Below are positions 1 through 9,116 of a DNA stretch of 25,124 bases, one piece after another (position 1 is the stretch's first letter; every line of letters begins with the position of its first letter). The position numbers were made by a program, and so were the translations under genes. This DNA comes from Fidelibacterota bacterium (GTDB lineage Bacteria; Fidelibacterota; Marinisomatia; Marinisomatales; TCS55). The stretch covers positions 1 to 25,124 of the forward strand of contig JAPNQO010000112.1 in the NCBI GenBank assembly GCA_027251445.1. Reading direction: 5' to 3'. The notes under the pieces were generated by a model, which was given only the letters and a program-made list of their open reading frames with translations, was not told where the DNA came from and did no database searches.

Positions 1-1641
1 CTTCCAATATCTGAAAAAATACCATTATTTAAATCACTTTCTAGTAAGACAGCTGCTGTTGCAAAAGATTGGACAGACGCTGCATTAAAAGCAAAGTCTA
101 TTAAGGAAGATTCTCCATTGTCTGGAGAAGAATGGACATCGGGACCATGGGCTCTAATTTATGGCGTAGAAAGCATGGTAGACACCTTAATAGCTTTAGA
201 TAAAGGACAGAACCCTCCTGTTGGAAAAATTAGATCGAGACCTGATGGTCAGATGGTCGCAAATATATTTCCGTACAATATTTATCATCATTTACTTTTA
301 AGTGGAATTCGAGCTGAAGTATGGATGCAAAAAAGTGTAAACGAAAATAATTTCAATGAACATATTGCTCAGGTATATAAATCTAAGACTCAAAATGGAA
401 GTATATCATTAGTCCTTGGGGCGGGAAATGTGGCATCTATACCACCATTGGATGTGCTAGATAGGCTATTTGCACACCTGTCCGTATCTATATTAAAGAT
501 GCACCCTGTAAATGATTACTTAAAAGATATTTTTGAAACTATTTTTGAAGATTTTATTTCTTCAGGTTATGTGCAAATTGTATCTGGTGGCGCAGATGTG
601 GGTAAATATTTGTGCAATCATGAAGTAATAGATCATATACATATTACAGGTGGAGCTAAAACGTATGATTCAATTGTATTTGGCTCTGATGAAGAAGGTA
701 ATGAAAGAAAGAAGCGAGGTGAAAAACAAATAAACAAATCAATTACAGCAGAACTAGGATGTGTAACGCCAATTATTGTAGTCCCAGGACCCTGGTCAAA
801 AGCAGATATTAAATATCAAGCTGAAAATATTGCGACCCAAAAACTTCATAATGCAAGTTTTAATTGTATTGCAGGTCAAGTGTTGGTTTTACCTGAAAGC
901 TGGGATTTATCACAAAATTTACTAACAGAAGTAAAATCAACAATATCATCTACTCAATTAAGGGAACCATACTACCCTGGAGCAAAAGATAGGCATGAGG
1001 CCATCAAACAATCATATGGGAATTGCGAAATAATTGATGAGAATGGAAAGCTCTCGAGATTATTGATTACTGATTTAGATCATACGAGCAATAATGAATA
1101 TTTATTTAATAATGAGGTATTTGTAGGCGCTCTTGCACAAACATTTTTACCAGGCGGTAACCCAAAAGACTTTCTACTAAATACTGTAAAATTTTGTAAT
1201 GAAAAATTGTGGGGCACATTAGGAGCGAATATTATTATTCACCCAAAAACTATTAAGCAACTAGGGCCCGATCTAGAAAATATTATTTCGGAACTTAAAT
1301 ATGGATCAATTGGAATAAATACTTGGTGCGCAATGGCTTTTCTAACTGCTGAATGTACATGGGGTGCGTTTCCAGGGCATGCTACTAATGATATACAAAG
1401 CGGAAATGGCGTTGTACATAATACACGCCTATTTGATAAACCTGAAAAAACAGTTGTCTATGCCCCATTTTCTCCATTCCCCAGAAATTTATTAAAAGGA
1501 GAATTTCATATGTTTCCAAAGCCACCGTGGTTTGTAACCAATAAGCAAGCACATAATGTTTCGCGTCGGTTCACATATTTTCAAGCGAAACCGAGCCCTC
1601 TTCGCTTGCCCGGATTGTTTTTTGATGCTCTCCGGGGATAA
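1..1641 (+). CDS. Aldehyde dehydrogenase family protein (5'-truncated by window edge)
   Basis: Frame 1 is open from base 1 (LPISEKIPLFKSLSSKTAAVAKDW...), so the TTG at 118 is internal. ALDH motifs present: GAGN, ILKMHP, HITGG, catalytic Glu in AELGCVTP, catalytic Cys in NASFNCIA, NEVF. Confidence 0.9.
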   Translation, partial: LPISEKIPLFKSLSSKTAAVAKDWTDAALKAKSIKEDSPLSGEEWTSGPWALIYGVESMVDTLIALDKGQNPPVGKIRSRPDGQMVANIFPYNIYHHLLLSGIRAEVWMQKSVNENNFNEHIAQVYKSKTQNGSISLVLGAGNVASIPPLDVLDRLFAHLSVSILKMHPVNDYLKDIFETIFEDFISSGYVQIVSGGADVGKYLCNHEVIDHIHITGGAKTYDSIVFGSDEEGNERKKRGEKQINKSITAELGCVTPIIVVPGPWSKADIKYQAENIATQKLHNASFNCIAGQVLVLPESWDLSQNLLTEVKSTISSTQLREPYYPGAKDRHEAIKQSYGNCEIIDENGKLSRLLITDLDHTSNNEYLFNNEVFVGALAQTFLPGGNPKDFLLNTVKFCNEKLWGTLGANIIIHPKTIKQLGPDLENIISELKYGSIGINTWCAMAFLTAECTWGAFPGHATNDIQSGNGVVHNTRLFDKPEKTVVYAPFSPFPRNLLKGEFHMFPKPPWFVTNKQAHNVSRRFTYFQAKPSPLRLPGLFFDALRG

Positions 1642-1675
1642 TCTTTTTTTAGACAGTCCTTTATTTATAAATATT

Positions 1676-2641
1676 TTATGAACCAATATATAAAGATTTT
1701 ATCCAGTCGACTTCTTCTTCTGATAACATTTCACCCAATGTGGAGGCTACATCTACTTGGGAAATATTTCGTTGACCAAGCAGTACGCATCCGGAGGGAG
1801 AATCAAATAATAGAGAATCAATTAATCCTCGCATAACAGGATGAGGGTGGTTAGAAAATTTTTCTTCTAGAAGTAATTTATTTTCCTGCATTTTTTTGAT
1901 TATCACATCATTTTTAAAATCACTTACACGCGAGCGAAAATCACCATCACCAAATTTTACTGGTTCAGTATATTTTCCAGTTAATAAGCCATGTTTTATA
2001 GGCGAGAAAAAACAAACCCCTGCATTATTTTTTTCTACCCAATCTTTCAGCCCGGATGAAAAATAGGTGTCATCCATAACATTCCGATATGGCTGAACCA
2101 CATCAGGTTTAAAGTCATCTATGTATTTCATTATTTTATCTAAGTCCCAATCAGATAATCCAAGAAACTTAGTTTTCCCTTCTTCTTGAAAGCGTTGTAC
2201 TGTGGCAACAGCATCTTCAAAGTATTCGCCATTTTTTCCAAAATTACAATGATGTAAATACATAAGATCTACACAGTCTGTCTGTAAGTTGATCAGCGAT
2301 TTCTCCATTTGGGATCGCATATGGGTTGGATGATAATAATATTCATAAGCCCCCATATCCCAACCAACCTTTGTAGCTAAAAAAATTTGGTTTCTTGGAA
2401 TGGTTCCCCATAGCGCACCAATAACTTTTTCTGATCTACCATCCCCATACACATCAGCTGTGTCCCAGTGATTAATTCCAACGTTATAACACTGTTTTAG
2501 AGCATTAATTGAATCCTTATCATCTTGCCCATCCCAACCAACAGGTATCTTGCCTTGTTTGTTTGCGCCGCCATACGACCATGTACCAAGACTTATAGTT
2601 GAAACTTCTTGTCCAGTTTTCCCTAATATAATTTTTCTCAT
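1676..2641 (-). CDS. Aldo/keto reductase
   Basis: LGKTGQEVSTISLGTW start, GINHWDTADVYGDGRSE (catalytic Asp/Tyr), LATKVG (Lys), DCVDLMYLHH (His), GLLTGKY. Confidence 0.95.
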   Translation of the reverse strand: MRKIILGKTGQEVSTISLGTWSYGGANKQGKIPVGWDGQDDKDSINALKQCYNVGINHWDTADVYGDGRSEKVIGALWGTIPRNQIFLATKVGWDMGAYEYYYHPTHMRSQMEKSLINLQTDCVDLMYLHHCNFGKNGEYFEDAVATVQRFQEEGKTKFLGLSDWDLDKIMKYIDDFKPDVVQPYRNVMDDTYFSSGLKDWVEKNNAGVCFFSPIKHGLLTGKYTEPVKFGDGDFRSRVSDFKNDVIIKKMQENKLLLEEKFSNHPHPVMRGLIDSLLFDSPSGCVLLGQRNISQVDVASTLGEMLSEEEVDWIKSLYIGS

Positions 2642-2761
2642 AATTCTTATCCTTGATTATATTTATGATGACAAAATTATATCTAAGTTATATAATAAAG
2701 TTCTTTTTATTATATTGATAATCTTGTGAGTATGTAATAATAACTTTATTAAAATCAAGTT

Positions 2762-3085
2762 TTGCTATCTATAATTGATATTGGACATAATAATTTTAGC
2801 CTTGATAAAGCAATGGCTGTATTGGAGTCTGAAGTAAGTAATCAAATTTTTCAAGGGGGTTCAAAAGCAATTAAAATAATTCATGGGCATGGATCTGGCG
2901 CATTAAAAGATGCTGTTCGGGAATGGTGCGCTGAGCAGAAAGGACGATTTAAAGCTGTGATATTTGGTGAGAATTATGATATGTTTGATAAAGACTCTAT
3001 GGATATGCGATCTGATTGCGGTTTGCCCAATGATAAAGATTTTGGTCGAAGAAATAGCGCAATTACTTATATTTGGTTACGATAA
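2762..3085 (+). CDS. Stand-alone Smr/MutS2 C-terminal domain protein
   Basis: 107 aa with IKIIHGHGSGALKDAVREW (Smr IIHGxGxG.L...V..W motif) and C-terminal ITYIWL strand. TTG start. Confidence 0.85.
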   Translation: MLSIIDIGHNNFSLDKAMAVLESEVSNQIFQGGSKAIKIIHGHGSGALKDAVREWCAEQKGRFKAVIFGENYDMFDKDSMDMRSDCGLPNDKDFGRRNSAITYIWLR

Positions 3086-3115
3086 ATACTGATTTATTGA
3101 GGGGGAAATAAATTT

Positions 3116-4048
3116 TTGCTTATAGATAATAAAAAGTATGATTACTTATTTAGTAACCATAGACCGCAGACAATTGAAGGTATTTATATTTTCGGGAAAA
3201 ATGATAAATATCTTATTAATCAAAATTATGCCTCAATAAGTGATATAGAAAATCGGATTTGGTCAGATTTATATATTAGATTAGAATTACTTTTAGATCA
3301 ATATGCATCAAAAGAATATTTATTAGGCATACAGTCGTTGCCAATACCTCGAGATAGGTTCCCTGATTTTAACGCTATTTCTCCCATAATTAAGGATTCA
3401 ACAGGCTGGACCTTGCTGCCAGTAGCAGGCTTCTTGGATGAAGAATTATTTTTTGAAGTGAATGCACAACAAAAATTCCCTGTAACAGATATCATAAGAA
3501 AATCACCTCGATTTGATAATAAATATCGCGATCGTAATATTCAAAATGATGAAGGCTATACGCCAGAACCAGATATTTTCCATGACATACAAGCACACAC
3601 CCCTTTTTTGATGGATCATAAATTTGCAGAGTTTTTAGCTGACGTAGGCAAACTTGGCCACGAGATAATTTTAGACAAAAGAAAATTAGGCCCAGAATTG
3701 GTTGCTCATAATTTGAAACGATTGCAAAACTTTGCATGGTGGACATATGAATTTGGATTATTAAAAAACAATGGAGATAGTGACAATATTCGTAAAAAAA
3801 GCAATGATATCAATTATGAAATCTATGGTGCAGGAATTATATCATCATATGATGAAACAAACAATATTATCAAATGCGCAAAGGGAGAATCAAAAAGATC
3901 AAAATTACTGCCATTTGATATAGAAGAGGCCGTTATGACAAGATACGATTATAGCGATATTCAAGATAGATATTATGTCATTGACTCTATGGATAGTTTA
4001 TATAAAACATATTATAAAAATAAGGACCTGTTTTTCTATGAAGGGTAA
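3116..4048 (+). CDS. phhA: Pterin-dependent aromatic amino acid hydroxylase (phenylalanine 4-hydroxylase family)
   Basis: TGW, FF...FP...IR, YTPEPDIFHDIQAH (two Fe-binding His), WTYEFGL (Fe-binding Glu), YGAGIISS, DIQDRYYVI. TTG start with GAGGGGG RBS at 3099-3105. Substrate is not certain. Confidence 0.88.
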   Translation: MLIDNKKYDYLFSNHRPQTIEGIYIFGKNDKYLINQNYASISDIENRIWSDLYIRLELLLDQYASKEYLLGIQSLPIPRDRFPDFNAISPIIKDSTGWTLLPVAGFLDEELFFEVNAQQKFPVTDIIRKSPRFDNKYRDRNIQNDEGYTPEPDIFHDIQAHTPFLMDHKFAEFLADVGKLGHEIILDKRKLGPELVAHNLKRLQNFAWWTYEFGLLKNNGDSDNIRKKSNDINYEIYGAGIISSYDETNNIIKCAKGESKRSKLLPFDIEEAVMTRYDYSDIQDRYYVIDSMDSLYKTYYKNKDLFFYEG

Positions 4049-4649
4049 ATTCATTTTTTCAAACCTTACGGTTATTTTTCTTAGTATTTCTTTTATTATT
4101 GTTATTTTAAATAGTTGTGCACCTTCTAAGCCTAGCTTGAAAACTTTATCTATTACAGAGCCAGAAAGGGTTGTTTCAAAAGAAGATTCATTGCTTGCTG
4201 TAAGTAAAGAAAAACGACCTGAATTTGTTTCTATTTTGTCTACTGCTCATATAAATATTGCCAGAAAGGCAGAAAAGTCTGGCGATATAGAAACAGCTTT
4301 AGATGAGTACAAAAAAGTTCTTGCGATTGATCCTAAAAATAAAATAGCCCGCTATGAGTCGTTAATACTACAAGGGTTATCCCTTTATAAGAAGGGGAGC
4401 AAAACATCACTTTGGGATGCAATAGAGCTTTTTTCTAAAGCATCCATGATTAATCAAGATAATGGCATTGCGAGTTATTGGATAGCAAAGTCTTATGAGA
4501 AAAAAGACAGCAAAGATTATGATTTAATTATTGAAGCATATGAAGATTCATTAAGTAAAACTTTGCCTGATAAATTGCGAAAAGATGCAGAAGTCTCTAA
4601 AGCTGAAGCGAACAAAAAGAAAAAGACTTTTGATAGTTTTTGGAAGTGA
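4038..4649 (+). CDS. TPR-containing lipoprotein
   Basis: Start revised from 3975 to ATG 4038, which overlaps the phhA end and gives MKGK + hydrophobic stretch + lipobox LNS-C. TPR-like helices ALDEYKKVLAIDPKN and AIELFSKASMINQDNGIASYWIA. Confidence 0.75.
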   Translation: MKGKFIFSNLTVIFLSISFIIVILNSCAPSKPSLKTLSITEPERVVSKEDSLLAVSKEKRPEFVSILSTAHINIARKAEKSGDIETALDEYKKVLAIDPKNKIARYESLILQGLSLYKKGSKTSLWDAIELFSKASMINQDNGIASYWIAKSYEKKDSKDYDLIIEAYEDSLSKTLPDKLRKDAEVSKAEANKKKKTFDSFWK

Positions 4650-4749
4650 TAATTATTTTAATCATCTAGAATGAACATATTGTGTAAAAAATTAGATTTT
4701 TGTTCATTATTCAAAAATATTTATTTAATCACATTATTAACATCTTCTA

Positions 4750-4778
4750 TTGATAGCATGAGTATACTGTAATATATT
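4750..4778 (+). promoter_or_regulatory. Candidate sigma70-type promoter of the motor operon
   Basis: TTGATA (4750-4755), 17 nt spacer, TATATT (4773-4778), about 100 nt upstream of ATG 4877. RBS GAGGA at 4864-4868. AT-rich background lowers specificity. Confidence 0.5.
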
Positions 4779-4876
4779 TACCTTCGGTGGGAATCAATAA
4801 TTGGGAAGAAAAAAGCATGATTAAGACATAACTATATTATGTTTGCTTTTATTAATTAAAACCGAGGAATATTGGC

Positions 4877-6067
4877 ATGACAATCCACAGACCAAAAAAC
4901 AGCATTTTTCTTACTGCATCTTTTCTCTTTATGTTTGCTTTTGCGCAGTCAAAAGACTACGATGTTTCAGGACAAGTCTTTGATAGCAATGGAGACAAAG
5001 CTGGCAAAGTAACTGTACTATTATTAGATAATAGTGAACTTGAGGTTCAAAGCATCAAAGCGAAAGGTAGTGGGAAGTTCAAATTTAAAAAAGTTTTATC
5101 CGGTAATTATTTTATTCGCGTAGATGGAGGGGAGCTAGGGAAGGCAAACGTGCCTTTAACTGTTGCTGAAGATGATGTAAAAGATATTCAGGTATCATTA
5201 CAACAGACTACGCCGGCTAACGTTGTAGAGGAAGCAGCTCCAACGCCAGCACCAAAGAAAAGCGTTGCAGCAGCTCCAGCAATTAATGATGGCCCCTTAG
5301 TCCCTGAAGTTGCATCAGAAGAAGAATCTGACGATGCTGGCACTACTTATATTATGAATGAACTTAGTTTTGAAATAAAAAAACTATCTGCTGAAGTAAA
5401 GCATCTTAGCTCAGAGCTAGAGAACTTAAAATCGTTAAGTAAAATGTGGGTTAACCCTTTAGCAATTTATTCTAAAGAAATAATTATGAAAAATGGGAGC
5501 ACCGTCTTTGGGAAGATAGTATATCAAGATGAATCAGAGCTAAAAGTTGAAACATTAGTAGGTTATCTAATTATTAAGCGTGATAATGTTGTTCGAGTAA
5601 TTGATAATGTTATAACTGAAGACACGCAAGAATATGTTCCAGAACAAGTGCGTGATAGTTACTCGCCTCCACCGATGCCACGCCTATCTGAGCCAAAATA
5701 CACATCAGCAGATCCTTTAGATAGGAGCGCTGGAAGAAAATATGCAGCGAACTGTGTTTTAGTCGGAAATATAACAGAGAAAAAAGATAATCAAGGAAAT
5801 ACAATTTTCACAGGTGAAGTGAAAAATATTGGCGGTCGAAGAGCAGATTTTGTGAAGATGGATTTTGTTTTTCGTAAAAATTGGAGTGGAGAAACAAAAA
5901 CTTTAACAACTTTTGCTAGAGGCACCTACCACACCTTTGATTCTGGTATTACAACTGATGCAACTCTTCTTCCTGGATCTATAGGAGCTTTTGAGTTATA
6001 TGTTCCTCATGCATTTGGATCATTTATTGGCTATTCTTATGTTATTGACTGGGAGGAATACGAATAA
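4877..6067 (+). CDS. Exported multidomain protein: carboxypeptidase-regulatory-like domain, coiled coil, small beta domain, C-terminal FxLYD-like Ig domain
   Basis: Signal peptide (AFA|Q). VSGQVFDSNG...GKFKFKKVLSGNYFIRV (CarboxypepD_reg-like), Ala/Pro linker, heptad segment ELSFEIKKLSAEVKHLSSELENLKSL, IIMKNGSTVFGKI module, FTGEVKNIGGRRADFVK...LLPGSIGAFELY (FxLYD-like). Confidence 0.7.
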   Translation: MTIHRPKNSIFLTASFLFMFAFAQSKDYDVSGQVFDSNGDKAGKVTVLLLDNSELEVQSIKAKGSGKFKFKKVLSGNYFIRVDGGELGKANVPLTVAEDDVKDIQVSLQQTTPANVVEEAAPTPAPKKSVAAAPAINDGPLVPEVASEEESDDAGTTYIMNELSFEIKKLSAEVKHLSSELENLKSLSKMWVNPLAIYSKEIIMKNGSTVFGKIVYQDESELKVETLVGYLIIKRDNVVRVIDNVITEDTQEYVPEQVRDSYSPPPMPRLSEPKYTSADPLDRSAGRKYAANCVLVGNITEKKDNQGNTIFTGEVKNIGGRRADFVKMDFVFRKNWSGETKTLTTFARGTYHTFDSGITTDATLLPGSIGAFELYVPHAFGSFIGYSYVIDWEEYE

Positions 6068-6069
6068 AA

Positions 6070-6954
6070 GTGTATTATAATTACAGACTAACATTTTTTT
6101 CATTATTGTTTGGTTTATTCAGCACTATTTCTGCGCAATCAAATGCTACAATATCAGAAGTATTTTTTCTTGATTTAGGAATAGTAATTGAACCAACTAC
6201 CGGTGATGAAAAATATAATAGGGTGGTTGAAGCTCCATCTGAAGAAATAAATTTTCAGATTAAAAAAGTTAAAAGTGGTTCAATTTATATGGCAGCTTCA
6301 TCAGAAATGTTAGCCAGCTTAGAAAGAATAAATAGTCGAATTGAGAAATTAGAAGTTTCTTTTCAAGAAAAACTACATGATTTACAGCATGAAAATCAGT
6401 TGTTAAAAACCATGATAACCGATCTTAACAATAGTTCAAATATTGCAAATGAAATGGCTAACACTCATACAGACAAACCAGTTTTATCTTTCGAAGAGTC
6501 AAAAGAGAAAGAGGAATCAATTGTTACTTCTTTGAATGCAAAAATTGTTAAGAAACCAGAAAAAGTAATCAATGAGCTGAATATGAACGATTACATGTCA
6601 GGAGTTTTTGCTTACCAACAAAACAAGTTTAAATTAGCAATAAAATATTTTTCAAATTTATCTTTAACAAGTGCTGATAAAAATATTTCAGATAATGTTG
6701 TGTACTGGATGGCAGATTCTTATCAACAAATTGGGGATATTGATAATGCAATGATTTGTCTTGATAAAGTCCTACAAAATCATAGTTCAGATCACATTGA
6801 TGATGCGTTGATTAAAAAAGGTTTATTACATCGTAAACGAGGAGAAGCAGATCAGTCTTTAATTGTTTTTAATGAATTAGTAAATAATTTCCCAGATAGT
6901 GAATATGTAAAACTTGCTCGGATGGAAATTAAACGTGCAGAGATGTATCAATGA
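6070..6954 (+). CDS. Periplasmic coiled-coil + TPR protein with CpoB/YbgF-like architecture
   Basis: GTG start, signal peptide (ISA|Q), coiled coil LERINSRIEKLEVSFQEKLHDLQHENQLLKTMI, C-terminal TPRs DNVVYWMADSY...DDALIKKG...FNELVNNFPDSEYVKLA. Confidence 0.75.
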   Translation: MYYNYRLTFFSLLFGLFSTISAQSNATISEVFFLDLGIVIEPTTGDEKYNRVVEAPSEEINFQIKKVKSGSIYMAASSEMLASLERINSRIEKLEVSFQEKLHDLQHENQLLKTMITDLNNSSNIANEMANTHTDKPVLSFEESKEKEESIVTSLNAKIVKKPEKVINELNMNDYMSGVFAYQQNKFKLAIKYFSNLSLTSADKNISDNVVYWMADSYQQIGDIDNAMICLDKVLQNHSSDHIDDALIKKGLLHRKRGEADQSLIVFNELVNNFPDSEYVKLARMEIKRAEMYQ

Positions 6955-8318
6955 GCAAGAGATTGTTTCCACTTGTTATTTTTTTATTAATGGCGCTTGA
7001 TACAACTTTTGGCGCAACACGTGTTGCGTATACTCGCCCAGGGATTATGATGAAAATACCATTTAGCACTGTTGGCAGATCCCCCTATTTATTTAGAACA
7101 GGTTTCGGTACTGAGTTTCATAATCTTAGTCCTTTTAATAGTACTGCAGGCATATTCTTTGATATGGAAGTTGGTAAAAACTTTTCTGTTGGATTTTCTT
7201 CGGTCCAGACTGCCGACACAACGAATCTTGCTAATTTAGACGTATCAACATATACGCCACCCGTTGAATTTGGTTTTCATCTACAGCAGAGAGTATATAC
7301 TTATAATGACATTAGTGTGTCAGTTGGTTTGCAAGATATTGTATTTAAAAACTCTGAAAGTGAAAGCGGTTTAAGTTTATCTCCTAAACAATTATCTTTT
7401 TTTACTGTTGTTAGTAGTGCAAAGTCTTTGGGATCGTATAACTTACAAACATTTTTAGGATTTGGGACTGGTGGTTTTGGCGCACAAGATTCGCTGCCAA
7501 CTACTGATTCAACAGGAACGCCTGCAGGTGTATTTGCAGGGTTTCATTTAAACACTCCTTTTTTTAACAAATGGGGTGGTTTGGATTTTGTGGGTGAATT
7601 TGATGGTATAGGAATCAATGTGGGACTCCGCATCCCCCTTACCTCGGATTATCGCCTAAACATTGGGTTCACCCACATAGATAAATTGCCCAGCTGGAAG
7701 CTTCGTTATTGGCCTGGGCACCCAGCTTTAACTATTGGTTTTGACATGGCGGTTCCAAGAAGAGCTAGAAGGGTTCTCGGGGATATGTCAGGACCAACCC
7801 CTCCAATAGCAGATGGTGAAATGCCTATTTTTGATGATGAGTTTTCTGATCAATTTGATTCAACTTTAGCTATGGCAAATTATGTTGTTAGCTCTCTTCG
7901 TGATTCTGTGGTAATGGTAAACAACGAAATGAGAAATTTAATGGTTCGATTATCTGCAATGGAGCAAAAATCAAACTTTCTTGAAGATTCGCTTGCCTCC
8001 TTAAAGCTTTCGAATAATGTGGGTGAAAAAAATATGAATGAAGCAATGCGACATCTTTCAAGATCATTGAGATATTTTTATGGAGGTGATTACAGAGCAT
8101 CGTTACAAGAAGTTGAAACGGCTTTGGATTTAAACCCAAATCTTGCTCTTGCCTATGCTAGGCGAGGATCAATATACTATAAGCTTGGGGATGTTCAGAG
8201 GGCGACAATTAATTGGAATCTTGCTTTGAGAATGGATCCTGAATATGATGATGTGCGTAATATATTAAAAGCGCTACATGAAAACAGGTTAAAGACTACA
8301 AGTTTTGTAAGGGAGTAA
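6951..8318 (+). CDS. Predicted outer-membrane beta-barrel (YjbH-like motifs) fused to coiled coil and C-terminal TPRs
   Basis: ATGA overlap with the upstream gene. Signal peptide, amphipathic strands (VSVGLQDI, FLGFGTG, GVFAGF, FVGEFDGIGINVGLR), coiled coil at about aa 305-365, canonical TPRs ALDLNPNLALAYARRGSIYYKLGDVQRATINWNLALRMDP. Confidence 0.7.
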   Translation: MSKRLFPLVIFLLMALDTTFGATRVAYTRPGIMMKIPFSTVGRSPYLFRTGFGTEFHNLSPFNSTAGIFFDMEVGKNFSVGFSSVQTADTTNLANLDVSTYTPPVEFGFHLQQRVYTYNDISVSVGLQDIVFKNSESESGLSLSPKQLSFFTVVSSAKSLGSYNLQTFLGFGTGGFGAQDSLPTTDSTGTPAGVFAGFHLNTPFFNKWGGLDFVGEFDGIGINVGLRIPLTSDYRLNIGFTHIDKLPSWKLRYWPGHPALTIGFDMAVPRRARRVLGDMSGPTPPIADGEMPIFDDEFSDQFDSTLAMANYVVSSLRDSVVMVNNEMRNLMVRLSAMEQKSNFLEDSLASLKLSNNVGEKNMNEAMRHLSRSLRYFYGGDYRASLQEVETALDLNPNLALAYARRGSIYYKLGDVQRATINWNLALRMDPEYDDVRNILKALHENRLKTTSFVRE

Positions 8319-8324
8319 ATAGGT

Positions 8325-9110
8325 ATGGATATTGCAACCCTAATAGGTATTGTTGTTGGTCTTGGTGCGATCGGAGGCAGTATTTTTCTTGCAGCAGCAG
8401 AAGCTGGTGCTAGCACAGCAGGTTTTGTATCGCCAGCTAGTTTTGCAATCGTTTTTGGAGGAATGCTTGCATCTGTATCGGTAGCGTTCCCTCTTTCGGA
8501 TGTTTTAAAACTAGGCGCTGCAATGGGCGCAGTGCTAAAAGGGGGCGAAATTAAATTAGGATCGGTTGTTGATGAGGCTGTTGAGGCCGCCGAAGTTGGT
8601 AGAAAAGGCGCTGCTGATTTGGAAAAGCACGTTGATGCAATCAAAAATTTTTTCTTCCGTGATGGTGTCCAAATGGTAGTTGATGGATATTCATTAGATG
8701 AATTAACAGAAATATTGGAAACCAGAATTGAATACAGAGAAATCCGTGAAAAAACACAAGCATCCCTTTTTAAATCTATGGGTGTTATGTCTCCAGCATG
8801 GGGGATGGTAGGAACGTTGATTGGTTTAGTTATTATGCTATCAGGGTTTGGAGGAGAAGGCGGAGCTGATTCATTAGGTCCAGGTATGTCGGCTGCCTTA
8901 ATCACAACATTTTATGGTGCAGTGTTTGCAAACTTATTTTTCCTCCCAATGGCAGATAAAATAAATGTTAGAATTACAACAAACACAACACTTCAATCTT
9001 TAATGGTAGAAGCCGCTCGCTTGATACATCAGAAAAAACACCCTCTGATTGTTAGAGAAAAACTCAATTCATTCATACCGCCTGCCGAATGGAAAAAAGA
9101 GGGAGAATAA
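8325..9110 (+). CDS. motA: Flagellar-type stator A subunit (MotA/PomA)
   Basis: MDIATLIGIVVG, SFAIVFGG, GRKG...LE, FFRDGVQMVVDG, SPAWGMVGTLIGLVIML, LGPGMSAALITTFYG, NLFFLPMADK, HPLIVREKL. Confidence 0.95.
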   Translation: MDIATLIGIVVGLGAIGGSIFLAAAEAGASTAGFVSPASFAIVFGGMLASVSVAFPLSDVLKLGAAMGAVLKGGEIKLGSVVDEAVEAAEVGRKGAADLEKHVDAIKNFFFRDGVQMVVDGYSLDELTEILETRIEYREIREKTQASLFKSMGVMSPAWGMVGTLIGLVIMLSGFGGEGGADSLGPGMSAALITTFYGAVFANLFFLPMADKINVRITTNTTLQSLMVEAARLIHQKKHPLIVREKLNSFIPPAEWKKEGE

Positions 9111-9116
9111 TAATTA

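Noticed and set aside
3975..4037. ORF-track starts at 3975, and likewise 118, 15280 and 22824
   Set aside because: Better starts exist: 4038 gives a lipoprotein signal, 15307 a typical SdhA N-terminus, 22797 a signal peptide, and the ALDH frame is open upstream of 118.
1492..5804. Short minus-strand ORFs 1492-1686, 3298-3495, 3492-3746, 5610-5804
   Set aside because: Antisense to confident genes, short and without motifs.
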